DNA of 64,000 nt, from contig JBBTSB010000006.1 of the NCBI GenBank assembly GCA_038064915.1, positions 4,864 through 68,863 on the forward strand. The letters run 5' to 3'. A program made the translations under genes and the position numbers. This DNA is from Patescibacteria group bacterium. Its GTDB lineage: Bacteria > Patescibacteriota > Minisyncoccia > 2-02-FULL-40-12 > IGHO2-01-FULL-4-A. The first letter of the stretch is position 1; the number at the start of each line of letters is the position of its first letter. This document shows positions 9,563 to 18,603 of the stretch, in pieces. The notes under the pieces are model-generated. The model had not been told where the DNA came from and did not search any database. It worked only from the letters and a program-made list of their open reading frames with translations.

Positions 9563-10117
9563 TTAGGGCCGGAGAATTGCGTGAACGCGGTGAAACTTGT
9601 TGTTCACGAACTCGACGATTGCTGATTGCCCAGGAGCGACGTTGAAATCTGGCGAGCCGCGGTCACTTTGGCCCTTGGCAACCATGATGGTAACGCCGAG
9701 AATGCTCTGGTGCGTCACACACACGGCTGATTCCCGGTCTTGGAGAATGCGTGTAGAAACCGTGACCAGGAATTCAAGAGCAATCTCTCCGGCTACAACC
9801 GCCCGTTTCTGATCCGCCATGAAGAAATCATGAGCGGTGCCTTGGACCACGGGGTCTGCCCGCGAACCCAGGCGCTTAAACCTTCCGACCTGACACCTGC
9901 CCGGGCTCACAATTCCCCCGATCAGCTCCGCTGTCTGAAATGCCGATTGGTACTCGGAGCTGAAAAACCCTTGAACTTCTCCGGAGGTTTTCCATGTTCG
10001 AATCAGCTTGCCGGTCTGTTCGGCCATGGCTTCTCCAACGAAGGAGAGGGGCGAGGTTGGTTCAGCAGAAACAGCCTCCGCATGGGAGACGAGGTAGATA
10101 GTTGTTGTCTTTGGCAT
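9563..10117 (-). CDS. Histidine phosphatase superfamily (SixA/PGM-like), degenerate catalytic motif
   Basis: IYLVSHAEA (RHG-like), LS..G, SSEYQSAFQTAELI, VCVTHQ; start moved to the ATG preceded by SD AAAGGA. Confidence 0.65.
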   Translation of the reverse strand: MPKTTTIYLVSHAEAVSAEPTSPLSFVGEAMAEQTGKLIRTWKTSGEVQGFFSSEYQSAFQTAELIGGIVSPGRCQVGRFKRLGSRADPVVQGTAHDFFMADQKRAVVAGEIALEFLVTVSTRILQDRESAVCVTHQSILGVTIMVAKGQSDRGSPDFNVAPGQSAIVEFVNNKFHRVHAILRP

Positions 10118-10216
10118 GCCGTCCTTTCTCTCGACGTGTGAAAGTGCTGTCGCGTCTCGACTGTACCAAAAAACTGTGGTTTTGTAAACGTTCGTACTTT
10201 GTGATAAATTTCTTTT

Positions 10217-11773
10217 ATGACTAACCAAGTGAAAATCAGCAGCAATTGCAAACAACAATTTGAGATCACCTCTGATGATCTAATTTTTTATGAAAAAATG
10301 GCTGTGGCGGAGCCCGGATATTGTCCGCAATGCCGGATGCAAAGACGGCTTTTGCATCGCAATGAGCGTACGCTCTATCGGCGACCGTGCGACAAGTGTG
10401 GCAAAGATTCAGTGTCCATTTATCCGCCGGGTAAGTTTGTTGTCTACTGTAATCCTTGTTGGTGGGGGGATTCGTGGGATGGCAAAGACTCTGGGATTGA
10501 CTACGATCCCAATCGGCCGTTTTTTGAGCAATATATAGAATTGCAGTCAAAAGTCCCGCGTATCAATCTTTTGAGTATTACGAGCGTTAACTCGGAATAC
10601 ACGAACAACGCTGAAGACAACAAAAACTGCTATCTTATTTTTGCCGCGCAAAAAAACGAAGACTGTATGTACGGTCGGCTGGTCCAGCGTTGTAAGTCGG
10701 TGGTTGATACCGCATGGATTTATGACAGTGAGCTATGTTATGAATGTTTGGATGTTAGGAATTGCTACGGTTGTATGTACTGTGAGCGGTGTCAAACGAG
10801 CAAAGATTTATTGTTTTGCTTTGATGTGCGTGGCTCGCAAAACTGTATTCTCTCTACGAATTTGAGAAATAAAAACTACTATATAGAGAATAAGCAGTGT
10901 ACAAAAGAAGAATATGAAAAGAAAAAGAAAGAAATTTTGGCGGATATCGAATCTGCGAAAAAAAGATTCGAAGAGCTCAAGAGCCAGGCAATCGTGAAGT
11001 ATGCATTTCAAACCAAATGCGTAAACACGACAGGGGACTATCTCTACAACGTCCACAGCTCCCGCATGATGTTTGATACGGAAAACGCCAAAGATTGTGC
11101 CTATATGGCCGATGCCGAATCATCCGAAGATTGCATGGATGGCAACAACATGTATTATAAGCCCGAGAAGTGTCTCGACATGATGGGGGTTTTGCAAACA
11201 TCCAATTCTGCTTTCTGCACGTATGTATTTTATTGCCACGATGTTTTTTATTCCAATAGCCTCCAGAGCTGCGAAAATTGTTTTGGTTGTATTGGTTTGA
11301 AAAAAGCTAGCTATTGTATTTTAAATAAGCAATATACAAAAGAGGAATATGAGAAACTGCGAGAAACAATAATTTCAAACATGTCTGAATATGGAGACTT
11401 TTTGCCGCCTGAAACTTCACCGTTTAAATACAACGAAACACTTGCAAAGGATTATTTTCCAGATCCGGCAGCCGAAGAAATAAAGACTGGAACCTATGGC
11501 AAAGAGAATGGCAAGGATGTATTTGCGTGCGTGGACTGCAAAAAGAATTTTAAAATCACACCCAACGAGTTTGCTTTTTATGAACGCATGGGGCTACCAT
11601 TGCCGCTCAAAGACTTTGAATGCCGTATGCAGGATCGTCTTCGTAAACGCACACCCCGCAAACTCTGGCATCGCAACTGCATGAAGTGTGACAAAGATAT
11701 CGAAACGACCTACGCACCCGATCGTAAAGAAACGGTATATTGTGAGGCCTGCTACCAGGCGGAAGTCTCGTAA
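10217..11773 (+). CDS. Cysteine-rich hypothetical protein (zinc-ribbon termini, Cys-ladder repeats; CPR-type)
   Basis: CPQCRMQRR, RPCDKCGK, VYCNPCWWGDSWD, NCFGCIGLKK.YCILNKQYTKEEY, VYCEACY. Confidence 0.85.
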   Translation: MTNQVKISSNCKQQFEITSDDLIFYEKMAVAEPGYCPQCRMQRRLLHRNERTLYRRPCDKCGKDSVSIYPPGKFVVYCNPCWWGDSWDGKDSGIDYDPNRPFFEQYIELQSKVPRINLLSITSVNSEYTNNAEDNKNCYLIFAAQKNEDCMYGRLVQRCKSVVDTAWIYDSELCYECLDVRNCYGCMYCERCQTSKDLLFCFDVRGSQNCILSTNLRNKNYYIENKQCTKEEYEKKKKEILADIESAKKRFEELKSQAIVKYAFQTKCVNTTGDYLYNVHSSRMMFDTENAKDCAYMADAESSEDCMDGNNMYYKPEKCLDMMGVLQTSNSAFCTYVFYCHDVFYSNSLQSCENCFGCIGLKKASYCILNKQYTKEEYEKLRETIISNMSEYGDFLPPETSPFKYNETLAKDYFPDPAAEEIKTGTYGKENGKDVFACVDCKKNFKITPNEFAFYERMGLPLPLKDFECRMQDRLRKRTPRKLWHRNCMKCDKDIETTYAPDRKETVYCEACYQAEVS

Positions 11774-11847
11774 CTTGTAAGACTCTTAAACTCGTGGTAT
11801 AGTATCAACTATATCGTCCTGGAAAACGGGGCGAAGGAGGAATAAAG

Positions 11848-12066
11848 ATGAAGAGCGAACCCGAAGTCCGGGCGATGCTGACCAAGGCCCGGAAACGTTT
11901 GGAAGTGGGTGATGTCGGTTCGGGCAAGAACGATGCGGTCTGGACCGAGGCCAATGTTCTTCGAGATGTCCTCGGCTGGCGGGCCCTACCTACGTTCACT
12001 GATCCGTGTCTGGTCGACCAGCCGGACGCGCGAGATGACTCCCGCCCCAACGACCAGCGCGAGTAG
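11848..12066 (+). CDS. Small orphan protein ending DDSRPNDQRE
   Basis: SD AAGGAGG; upstream TTGTAA...TGGTATAGT promoter-like sequence; GC-rich. Confidence 0.65.
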   Translation: MKSEPEVRAMLTKARKRLEVGDVGSGKNDAVWTEANVLRDVLGWRALPTFTDPCLVDQPDARDDSRPNDQRE

Positions 12067-12069
12067 CGG
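12034..12069 (+). repeat. 36-bp direct repeat, copy 1
   Basis: GATGACTCCCGCCCCAACGACCAGCGCGAGTAGCGG; 35/36 identical to 12685..12720. Confidence 0.9.
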
Positions 12070-12076
12070 AGGTACA

Positions 12077-12469
12077 GTGAAAACGCACAAAAAGTCTCCC
12101 ATTCGTCGTTACGTGCAGGACGCGGGGAAGCTCGAAGAGCTAGAGCGGGATCTTCAAAGAGTCGAAGATCCCGCGACTCCTGAAGAGGACCGGAATCGCA
12201 TCCTCTCGAAGTTCCAAGAGATCTTCGAGATCGAAGCGTTCACGTTCAAGCGGGTTGCCGAACTCGCTCGCGAGGCGATCGCAACCTCGCGCCGCCGAAT
12301 GCTCCTCCTGCAACTTGTGGAGGGAATGGATGTGATCATTCGAGGGGTGAGCAGGCCGGTTCGGGTACTCGCCCTCGATCGCCACAAGGGTTTGCTCCTG
12401 GTGAAGCGTCCAGGTAAGCTAACCTGGGTCTCACCCGAAGAAATCAACAACATCATTCTCACGAGTTAG
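12077..12469 (+). CDS. Orphan protein (helical N-part, SH3/KOW-like beta C-part)
   Basis: GTG start with SD GGAGG inside ORF 11909..12469. Confidence 0.6.
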   Translation: MKTHKKSPIRRYVQDAGKLEELERDLQRVEDPATPEEDRNRILSKFQEIFEIEAFTFKRVAELAREAIATSRRRMLLLQLVEGMDVIIRGVSRPVRVLALDRHKGLLLVKRPGKLTWVSPEEINNIILTS

Positions 12470-12477
12470 GAGGGCCA

Positions 12478-12717
12478 ATGGCAGCGAAACCGAACGCGAT
12501 ATTCGGGCTCATCGAGCGGGCAGGGACGCCCCTCGAGCTCAAGAACATCAACCTCTATTTCTTGCAGGGCGACTGGAGCCTTGGTGATAGCGCCCTGATC
12601 TTCGAGGCGATCGAAAGAAGGGCACGTGAACTCCACGTGGAGGTCACGGAGTTCGTTCCTCCTCCGGAAGTCCGGAGCAGGGGTGATGACTCCCGCCCCA
12701 ACGACCAACGCGAGTAG
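12478..12717 (+). CDS. Small orphan protein ending DDSRPNDQRE
   Basis: SD AGGAGG; same C-terminal decapeptide as 11848..12066. Confidence 0.65.
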   Translation: MAAKPNAIFGLIERAGTPLELKNINLYFLQGDWSLGDSALIFEAIERRARELHVEVTEFVPPPEVRSRGDDSRPNDQRE

Positions 12718-12720
12718 CGG
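12685..12720 (+). repeat. 36-bp direct repeat, copy 2
   Basis: GATGACTCCCGCCCCAACGACCAACGCGAGTAGCGG. Confidence 0.9.
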
Positions 12721-12849
12721 TCTGCCCCGCGCGGACCGCGCAGCACTAACAGAGACGGAGGTGCGGCGGCGCTAACCACGCGTTGCCCCCTCCGGTCATC
12801 AAACTCAACCCCAAGAAGGGGATTTTTATTTTCTATCGCCCACCTTACA

Positions 12850-12877
12850 CCCTCCCTCTTACCGATAAGAGGGAGGG
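12850..12877. repeat. REP-like palindrome (CCCTCTTA..TAAGAGGG family)
   Basis: CCCTCCCTCTTA-CCGA-TAAGAGGGAGGG; related copies at 24398, 30902 and 41992. Confidence 0.8.
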
Positions 12878-12939
12878 ACGGGGAGGGAGATAGTGGATAA
12901 CTGCCCCTTGCTCGGGTGTAAGGCAGTGGTGTATGATGG

Positions 12940-12975
12940 TCGAGTGGTGGTGAGAAGTGGATAGAAGTGGGGATA
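12940..12975 (+). promoter_or_regulatory. MraZ binding boxes in the dcw promoter
   Basis: GTGG motifs about 10 bp apart (gtggtgagaaGTGGatagaaGTGGgg) upstream of mraZ. Confidence 0.65.
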
Positions 12976-13063
12976 ACCACCCCAATCTGTGGATATGTAC
13001 GAGCAAACAGCTGACCGGACCTGTTCTTTTATAAGTAAAAAATAGTTGGCTGTTTGCTCATAC

Positions 13064-13498
13064 ATGCTCATAGGGGAATACAAACATACGTTGGATCCCA
13101 AGAAACGCTTAGCTGTCCCCGCTAAATTGCGCAAAGAAGTGGGTGAGCGGGCGGTCCTTACGCGTGGATTGGAAAACTGTTTATTTCTTTTTTCTATGAA
13201 AGAGTGGGAAGTTTTGGCGGAGAAGATTAGTCAGTTGCCCATGGGTCAGAAGGATTCTCGTGGATTTGCACGATTGTTGCTTTCTGGAGCCAGTGAAGTC
13301 GAGTTGGATCAGTTGGGCAGGGTGTTAGTGCCGGACTATCTACGAGATTACGCAGGGCTCCAAAAAACAGTGATTGTGGCAGGAGTGGGGAAGAGGTTAG
13401 AAATATGGGATGAAGCAAAATGGAATGTGTATAAGCAGAAATTGGAAAGTGACGGAGATGCCATAGCAGAAAAGTTAGGTGAGATTGGCATGATCTGA
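13064..13498 (+). CDS. mraZ: Transcriptional repressor MraZ
   Basis: MLIGEYKHTLDPKKRLAVP, DQLGRVLVP, RLEIWDE. Confidence 0.97.
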   Translation: MLIGEYKHTLDPKKRLAVPAKLRKEVGERAVLTRGLENCLFLFSMKEWEVLAEKISQLPMGQKDSRGFARLLLSGASEVELDQLGRVLVPDYLRDYAGLQKTVIVAGVGKRLEIWDEAKWNVYKQKLESDGDAIAEKLGEIGMI

Positions 13499-14265
13499 TG
13501 CATACGCCGGTTCTTTTAAAAGAGGTGCTTGAAATATTCAAACCGGAGCCCGGTAAAGTGTTTGTAGATGGCACCGCCAATGGTGGTGGCCACACAAACG
13601 CCTTGCGTGCGGCTGGAGCGCGTGTCATTGCCATTGAACTTGACCCTGATCTGGCAAAAGAGATTGGTGCAATTCATGGCAATTATGCTGATATTGCAAC
13701 GTTGGTCCATGAGCAAGTTGACGGTGTTCTCTTGGATCTAGGTTTTTCATCACAACAGCTTGAGTCCGGTCGTGGGTTCAGTTTTAAAAAAGATGAACCA
13801 CTTGATATGCGATACAACTACGAAGAAGGTGAGACTGCGGCGGACATTTTAAATACACGATCAGAAGAAGAAATTGCAGGGATTTTGAAGGAATATGGAG
13901 ATGAGCGGTTTGATGGAAGAATTGCTAGTGCCATTGTGAAAGCCAGACCGTTGAGAACGACATATGACTTGGTAAATGCAATAGTTCGGGTAGTACCAAG
14001 AAGAGGAAGAATACATCCGGCTACCAGAACATTTCAAGCTTTGAGGATCGCCGTAAATCATGAGCTAGAGAATTTGCAAAAAGGATTGGAGGGCGCATTG
14101 AAGATCGCGCCACTGGTAGCAGTGATCACATTTCATAGTTTGGAAGATAGGATAGTAAAAAAATACACAAAAAAGAAAATAAAGCCGAGTTGGGAAGAGA
14201 TTAAACAAAATAGAAGAGCACGAAGCGCAAAATTACGGGTTGTTGAACGCACAACTCCCGCATAA
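13498..14265 (+). CDS. rsmH: 16S rRNA m4C1402 methyltransferase RsmH (shortened)
   Basis: HTPVLLKE, DGT.GGGH, LLDLGFSSQQL, HPATRTFQALRIAVN, TFHSLEDR, RARSAKLR. Confidence 0.97.
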   Translation: MHTPVLLKEVLEIFKPEPGKVFVDGTANGGGHTNALRAAGARVIAIELDPDLAKEIGAIHGNYADIATLVHEQVDGVLLDLGFSSQQLESGRGFSFKKDEPLDMRYNYEEGETAADILNTRSEEEIAGILKEYGDERFDGRIASAIVKARPLRTTYDLVNAIVRVVPRRGRIHPATRTFQALRIAVNHELENLQKGLEGALKIAPLVAVITFHSLEDRIVKKYTKKKIKPSWEEIKQNRRARSAKLRVVERTTPA

Positions 14266-14612
14266 TGACAGTGTATTCAGGAGTTTTAGATCACTCATTA
14301 CACATTAAAGAATCCGCTGTGTCACACTCTCCGTGGCTATTTAGACTCAACATAATGATCGTGGCAGGTTTGTTGTTGATGCTTGCATCGTATATTTTCA
14401 TCTCGAATCGACTCGTTTCACAGCGCTATATCCTCTCCCTTCAGCAACAAGAATTGCATTCCGTTGGTACCGATGTTGCAACTCAAGAAGAGCAGATCAC
14501 TCGTGGTCAGGATATGGAAAACTTGCTAGCATTAGTCAGTCAGCAAGGAATGATTGCCAATCACGATGGTCAAACACTCTTTATCACATCGAAAGTCGCT
14601 CGTCTCCCCTAA
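14265..14612 (+). CDS. Putative FtsL-like cell division protein
   Basis: TM helix plus coiled coil, in the ftsL position between rsmH and ftsI. Confidence 0.55.
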   Translation: MTVYSGVLDHSLHIKESAVSHSPWLFRLNIMIVAGLLLMLASYIFISNRLVSQRYILSLQQQELHSVGTDVATQEEQITRGQDMENLLALVSQQGMIANHDGQTLFITSKVARLP

Positions 14613-16041
14613 TCGCATACATGTTTTTGTTTTTGTTGGTTTTCTGGCAACCCTTGTAGTGGGATATCGGCTTTTCCGACTCACGTACATTGATCATGTA
14701 GTCTATGCTCAGTCTGCGCAACGCCAACAAGTCGCTCCTTCGGCTCGTCTTTTGGGAAGGGGTTCGGTCTTTGTCTTCGATCTTTCAGGTGGTGAAAAAA
14801 AATTAGTTGCGACCAATTCCGTGACCGAGCTAGACACAGAGCGGCTCTATCCAAAAGGAACATTTGCCGCTCATGTGCTGGGTTTTGTGGGGTATAACGA
14901 GCATGATCGAGTGGGACAGTATGGGGTGGAGGGATTTTACGACAGCGTACTCCGTGCTTCGGCATCAAACCAGAAAAATATTGGCAGTGACGTTGTACTT
15001 ACTATTGATCCGAATATTCAGGCATACAGTGAGGCAACGTTACAGGCACTATTAAAAAAATGGTCATCTCCTCGTGGTTCCATCATTGTGCAGGAACCTA
15101 CGACTGGTGCGATTTTAGCGATGACCTCGTCGCCAAGTTTTGACCCCAACCAATATGGACAATTTGCATTTGACGATTACGTCAATCCTATCGTTCAAGA
15201 GCAATTTGAGCCGGGGTCGTCGTTTAAGCCCGTTACCATGGCAGCCGCATTGGATTCAGGATCGATTACTCCTACTACGACGTACGACGACACAGGGGCG
15301 GTGACGATCGGGACGTACACGATCAAGAATTTTAATGAAAAAACGAATGGTTTGCAAACAATGAGACAAGTACTGGAAAAGTCACTCAATACCGGTACCA
15401 TCTTTGCTCAGCGTCGGACGGGAAATGATGCATTTCTTAACTACATCGTTGCTTTTGGATTTGGTCAAAAAACCGGTGTAGATCTTGCCGGTGAAGTTCC
15501 AGGCACGATCAGCAACCTCTACCAAGGACGCGCGATCAACTTTGCTACCGCATCATTTGGTCAGGGTATCGCCGTCACTCCTCTACAGCTCGTTAGTGCC
15601 TATTCCGCAATAGCAAACGGCGGAAGGCTCATGAAGCCCTATGTTGTTCGTGAGATCGTGCATGCCGATGGTAGCAGTACGATGACCAAGCCAAGCATCC
15701 TTGGTGCACCCATTTCAGAAAAAACATCAACGCAACTGCGTTCTATGCTTGTTGATGTTGTCGAAAAAGGCTTTGATAAAGCACGAATCAAGGGCTATGA
15801 TGTTGCAGGAAAAACGGGGACAGCACAAATTCCCAATAGAGAAGGCGGCTATCTTGAGGACGAACAATTCATCCACAACTTTGTCGGTTTTGCACCTGCT
15901 TATGCGCCACGATTTGTCATTCTGATCAAAATGGACAAGCCAAAAGGGATCACGTTTGCCTCTGATAGCTTATCACCGGTATTTGGCGATCTTGCTTCGT
16001 TTATTCTGCGATATCTCAAAGTACCACCCACACGCCAATGA
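14554..16041 (+). CDS. ftsI: Class B penicillin-binding protein (FtsI-like, short pedestal domain)
   Basis: EPGSSFK (SxxK), KSLN, KTGTAQ; RLYPKG..AAHVLGFVG; start uncertain. Confidence 0.9.
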   Translation: MPITMVKHSLSHRKSLVSPNRIHVFVFVGFLATLVVGYRLFRLTYIDHVVYAQSAQRQQVAPSARLLGRGSVFVFDLSGGEKKLVATNSVTELDTERLYPKGTFAAHVLGFVGYNEHDRVGQYGVEGFYDSVLRASASNQKNIGSDVVLTIDPNIQAYSEATLQALLKKWSSPRGSIIVQEPTTGAILAMTSSPSFDPNQYGQFAFDDYVNPIVQEQFEPGSSFKPVTMAAALDSGSITPTTTYDDTGAVTIGTYTIKNFNEKTNGLQTMRQVLEKSLNTGTIFAQRRTGNDAFLNYIVAFGFGQKTGVDLAGEVPGTISNLYQGRAINFATASFGQGIAVTPLQLVSAYSAIANGGRLMKPYVVREIVHADGSSTMTKPSILGAPISEKTSTQLRSMLVDVVEKGFDKARIKGYDVAGKTGTAQIPNREGGYLEDEQFIHNFVGFAPAYAPRFVILIKMDKPKGITFASDSLSPVFGDLASFILRYLKVPPTRQ

Positions 16042-17195
16042 GAATTCTTCTCAAATTCATTCTTCGAATATTAGCTCAACGCACCCTTGCTCGCTACAAG
16101 CCGATCGTCATCGGTATTACGGGTTCTGTCGGAAAGACGACCGCAAAAGAAGCGATCTATGCTGTGCTCAATAAAAAGTTTTTTGTGTGGAAAAACGTCG
16201 AGAACTTCAACAACGAAATCGGTGTGCCGCTCGCCATCCTGGGTGTTGTGCCGATGACCAGGCATCACAGCAAGATTCGTTTCATTGGCCAATTGCTGGA
16301 AGCCTTCTGGAGCGCCTACGCAACAAAACGCAAGTGGTATCCACGCTACCTGGTCCTGGAGCTCGCTGCGGATCGGCCGGGGGATATTGAGTACCTTGTC
16401 CGCATGGTACGGCCTCACATAGCCGTTGTGACGGCGATCGGCGACGTACCCGTGCATGTGGAGCACTATGCGAGTCCGGAAGAGGTGGCCCGTGAAAAAG
16501 CTCACTTGCCCGCCTCTGCCACTCAGCTCACTGTTCTCAATGCCGATGATTCAATCGTGATCCGTATGAGGGACGTGACAAAAGCTCCTGTAACAACATT
16601 TGGTTTTTCCAAAGAGGCCATGTATCGCGGATCGGACATTTCGTTTTTTATGGAAGGGGAGCATGTGGGCGGGCTTTCGTTTCGTATCAATAAGGGCGAA
16701 AATTTTATGCCCATACGACTTCACCGGATGATCGCGGTGCATCAGATCTATGGTATTTTGGCGGCGACGGCCGTAGCACAGCACTTGGGAATGAATTTGA
16801 TCGATATTGCTGACGCCATTGCGTCTGTTGAACTGCCTCGCGGCCGCATGATGCTGATCCGAGGAAAAAACAACACCACGATCATCGACGACACCTACAA
16901 TGCTTCGCCGCTCTCTATGAAAGCGGCATTAGATACATTGAAACAGTTCCCGGGTATACGAAAAATCGCCTTGCTTGGGGAAATGGCCGAGTTGGGGCAC
17001 TTTACAGAACAGGAGCATAAAAAAGCAGATGCCTACTCAAAGGAGCGTGCCGACGTGGTGCTGTGGTGCAAGACATCCGATGAACTGTTGCAAAAACTGC
17101 AGGAGATCATCAAGGAAGGCGACGTTATCCTCGTGAAAGGCTCCCGAGCGGCAAAAATGGAGAAAATTGTTGATCTTTTGAAAGAAAAGCCGTAG
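16038..17195 (+). CDS. murF: UDP-MurNAc-tripeptide--D-Ala-D-Ala ligase (lacks N-domain)
   Basis: GITGSVGKTTAKE, NFNNEIGVPL, IDDTYNASP, LGEMAELG, LVKGSR. Confidence 0.92.
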   Translation: MRILLKFILRILAQRTLARYKPIVIGITGSVGKTTAKEAIYAVLNKKFFVWKNVENFNNEIGVPLAILGVVPMTRHHSKIRFIGQLLEAFWSAYATKRKWYPRYLVLELAADRPGDIEYLVRMVRPHIAVVTAIGDVPVHVEHYASPEEVAREKAHLPASATQLTVLNADDSIVIRMRDVTKAPVTTFGFSKEAMYRGSDISFFMEGEHVGGLSFRINKGENFMPIRLHRMIAVHQIYGILAATAVAQHLGMNLIDIADAIASVELPRGRMMLIRGKNNTTIIDDTYNASPLSMKAALDTLKQFPGIRKIALLGEMAELGHFTEQEHKKADAYSKERADVVLWCKTSDELLQKLQEIIKEGDVILVKGSRAAKMEKIVDLLKEKP

Positions 17196-17207
17196 GATTT
17201 AGTTGAT

Positions 17208-17279
17208 GGCGCCATCGTCTATCGGCTAGGACACATCCTTCTCAAGGATGGAAGCGGGGTTCGATTCCCCGTGGCGCTG
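17208..17279 (+). tRNA. tRNA-Glu(CTC)
   Basis: GGCGCCA/TGGCGCT acceptor; CATCC-TT-CTC-AA-GGATG; GGTTCGATTCC. Confidence 0.93.
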
Positions 17280-17280
17280 C

Positions 17281-17493
17281 ATGACCAAACCAGAACAACC
17301 AAATATCCCATCTGAAGTTGAGGTATTGAGGGAGAAAGTTTATAAGGCTACTGAACGCCTATTGAATATTACTGGGGAGATTAAGAGCACCGAAGCAAAA
17401 CTGATCGCTTTACGAAAGGCGGAGACTCTCATAGCCGAACAACGCACACAACTTGAAAACCAACTCGACGAGCTTGAAAAAACAAAGCTCTAG
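17281..17493 (+). CDS. Small coiled-coil hypothetical protein
   Basis: ATG directly after tRNA-Glu; heptad-like pattern. Confidence 0.5.
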   Translation: MTKPEQPNIPSEVEVLREKVYKATERLLNITGEIKSTEAKLIALRKAETLIAEQRTQLENQLDELEKTKL

Positions 17494-17525
17494 CTTTTTT
17501 TACGGCTTTATGCCATACTACAGGC

Positions 17526-17714
17526 ATGGAGCAAGAAGCTACAAAACTTCGACAGGCTATCCATGAAAAGGGCCGCCGACAGCTCATTTTAGGGCGAAGG
17601 GCGCAGGAGATCAAAAATCCCAAAGAACTGAAGGCGTTATTGAATGAACAGAAAGTGTTGGGAAGAGAAATTGTGGCGCTCAAGGCCGACATTGTGCGTA
17701 TAGAACAAGCATAA
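17526..17714 (+). CDS. Small coiled-coil hypothetical protein
   Basis: 62-aa ORF with -10-like CATACT just upstream; abuts rplU. Confidence 0.5.
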   Translation: MEQEATKLRQAIHEKGRRQLILGRRAQEIKNPKELKALLNEQKVLGREIVALKADIVRIEQA

Positions 17715-17717
17715 ACC

Positions 17718-18023
17718 ATGACGTTTGCGGTCATAAAAACGGGAGGTAAGCAATATAAAGTCGCCCAAGGCGACAAGATTTTGGTTGAAAAGCTTGAGAC
17801 TCCGGTTGGGGAACAGGTGACATTTGACCAAGTGCTTATGACCGATGATCAAATTGGGACTCCACTGGTGAGCGGCGCTTCTGTTACCGGAAAGGTTCTC
17901 GATCAAGGCAAAGCCAAGAAAAAGATCGTCTTTAAATATTCGTCAAAAACTCGCTATAAAAAGAAAAAAGGCCACAGACAGCCATTTACCAAAGTAGAGA
18001 TACTCTCTATTTCCGGTGTTTGA
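17718..18023 (+). CDS. rplU: 50S ribosomal protein L21
   Basis: FAVIKTGGKQYKV, GHRQPFT. Confidence 0.98.
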   Translation: MTFAVIKTGGKQYKVAQGDKILVEKLETPVGEQVTFDQVLMTDDQIGTPLVSGASVTGKVLDQGKAKKKIVFKYSSKTRYKKKKGHRQPFTKVEILSISGV

Positions 18024-18603
18024 GGGCGTTTGCCAGTGTAATCTCATCCGCATACTCTACTGATGTGCCAGCTGCTAAACCCCGCGCCAAGCGGGTGATT
18101 TGTCCTCCGAAGGAGGATCCGCCTCGGGCGGATTTTAATTCCTGCTCCAAATACAAAGCAGTAGTTTCTCCGTAGGTGTTTGGATTGGTGGCCAAGATGA
18201 TTTCCTGTGCATCTTTAGCGCGAATGATAAGTTGACTAATTTTTAGCTTTTCCGGTAAAACACCGCCGGCCGGATTGATCGCTCCTCCGAGGACATGATA
18301 AACGCCATCATACACACCCGCCTTTTCCATTGATGCCAGATCGGTCACTTTCTCTACAATGGCAATTTTCCGCTGGTTTCGACGCGGATTACTGCAGATA
18401 TTGCAGAGATCTGCATCGGCGAAATTAAAACACTGCTGGCAGAGCGTCGGGCCTGTCTTGAGAGCTTCGATATGTTGCGCAAAAGTCTCGATGTCTTCGG
18501 GCGACCAATCCAACATCGCCAAAATCAAACGCGTAGCATGCCGCGGACCAACTCCCGGCAACTTCGTAAAAAAAGCGACTAGATTTTTGAACTTCTCTGA
18601 CAT
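18007..18603 (-). CDS. recR: Recombination mediator RecR
   Basis: LPGVGPR, CQQCFN...CNIC, YHVLGG, ATNPNTYGETTA, EYADEITL. Confidence 0.96.
   Translation of the reverse strand: MSEKFKNLVAFFTKLPGVGPRHATRLILAMLDWSPEDIETFAQHIEALKTGPTLCQQCFNFADADLCNICSNPRRNQRKIAIVEKVTDLASMEKAGVYDGVYHVLGGAINPAGGVLPEKLKISQLIIRAKDAQEIILATNPNTYGETTALYLEQELKSARGGSSFGGQITRLARGLAAGTSVEYADEITLANALKHRK

Noticed and set aside
12034-12720. CRISPR repeats or integron attC sites (36-bp repeats)
   Set aside because: Two copies 651 bp apart and protein-coding; no RYYYAAC/GTTRRRY palindromic attC structure and no integron integrase.
12890-12996. oriC from DnaA-box-like GTGGATA motifs
   Set aside because: Only scattered imperfect boxes, overlapping MraZ-type GTGG repeats; no dnaA/dnaN or AT-rich unwinding element.
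17248-17280. N-terminal extension of ORF 17248..17493 (and likewise ORF 59865..60146)
   Set aside because: They overlap tRNA-Glu and antisense tRNA-His; artefacts of the ORF track.
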